IMG/VR virus record: IMGVR_UViG_2711768003_000013
Reading direction: 5' to 3' (one strand)
Source: a virus
Taxonomy: Duplodnaviria > Heunggongvirae > Uroviricota > Caudoviricetes
Length of the DNA: 4,752 bases
Under the pieces are notes generated by a model. The model saw only the letters and a program-made list of their open reading frames with translations. It made no database searches and had not been told where the DNA came from. Of the stretch, positions 4,693 to 4,752 are shown piece after piece (positions within the stretch are counted from its first letter, which is position 1; each line of letters starts with the position of its first letter). Both the position numbers and the translations under genes were made by a program.

Positions 4693-4752
4693 GCAGCCAT
4701 CTGATGATATTTTTCCCTGAAGGCTGCCGGGGAGATATTCCCCAGACGAGAG

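Noticed and set aside
1-4752. CRISPR array, tRNA, rRNA, IS/transposase, integrase or attachment-site repeats
   Set aside because: No regularly spaced direct repeats, no cloverleaf-capable segments or rRNA-like sequence, and no ORF with transposase or integrase signatures were seen. The window appears to lie internal to the prophage.

Overview
This 4.75 kb window reads as the replication-to-nin segment of a lambdoid-type prophage from an E. coli-like enterobacterium. All convincing genes are on the + strand. No searches were run; calls rest on reading the sequence and on family signatures recalled from memory.

Left to right:
- 80-782: a DnaT-domain replication gene that is only readable by changing frame twice, both times at a TCT-A(n) tract.
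- 789 onward: a DnaC-like helicase-loader gene that runs into a 472-nt block of N (1222-1693).
- 1710-2546: two small coupled genes, an HTH protein and a Cys/His zinc-ribbon plus coiled-coil protein.
- 2694-3380: a QueH/DUF208-like epoxyqueuosine-reductase homologue.
- about 3402-3883: a complete hok/sok-type type I toxin-antitoxin locus (Hok ORF 3608-3763).
- 4013-4300: an unrecognised AT-rich 95-codon ORF.
- 4339-4692: a DUF1367/YbcN-like gene that stops abruptly at a T7 tract.

The most notable observations are the three -1 frame discontinuities, each at a homopolymer (may be homopolymer miscalls, gene decay or recoding), a cluster of GTAACGC/GCGTTAC palindromes inside the replication gene (candidate origin iterons), and a phage-borne queH-like gene beside a hok/sok module. 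I cannot point to one clearly novel multi-gene system; the best candidates are the HTH/zinc-ribbon pair and the 95-codon ORF, both uncharacterised. No rRNA, tRNA, CRISPR array or transposase was seen.
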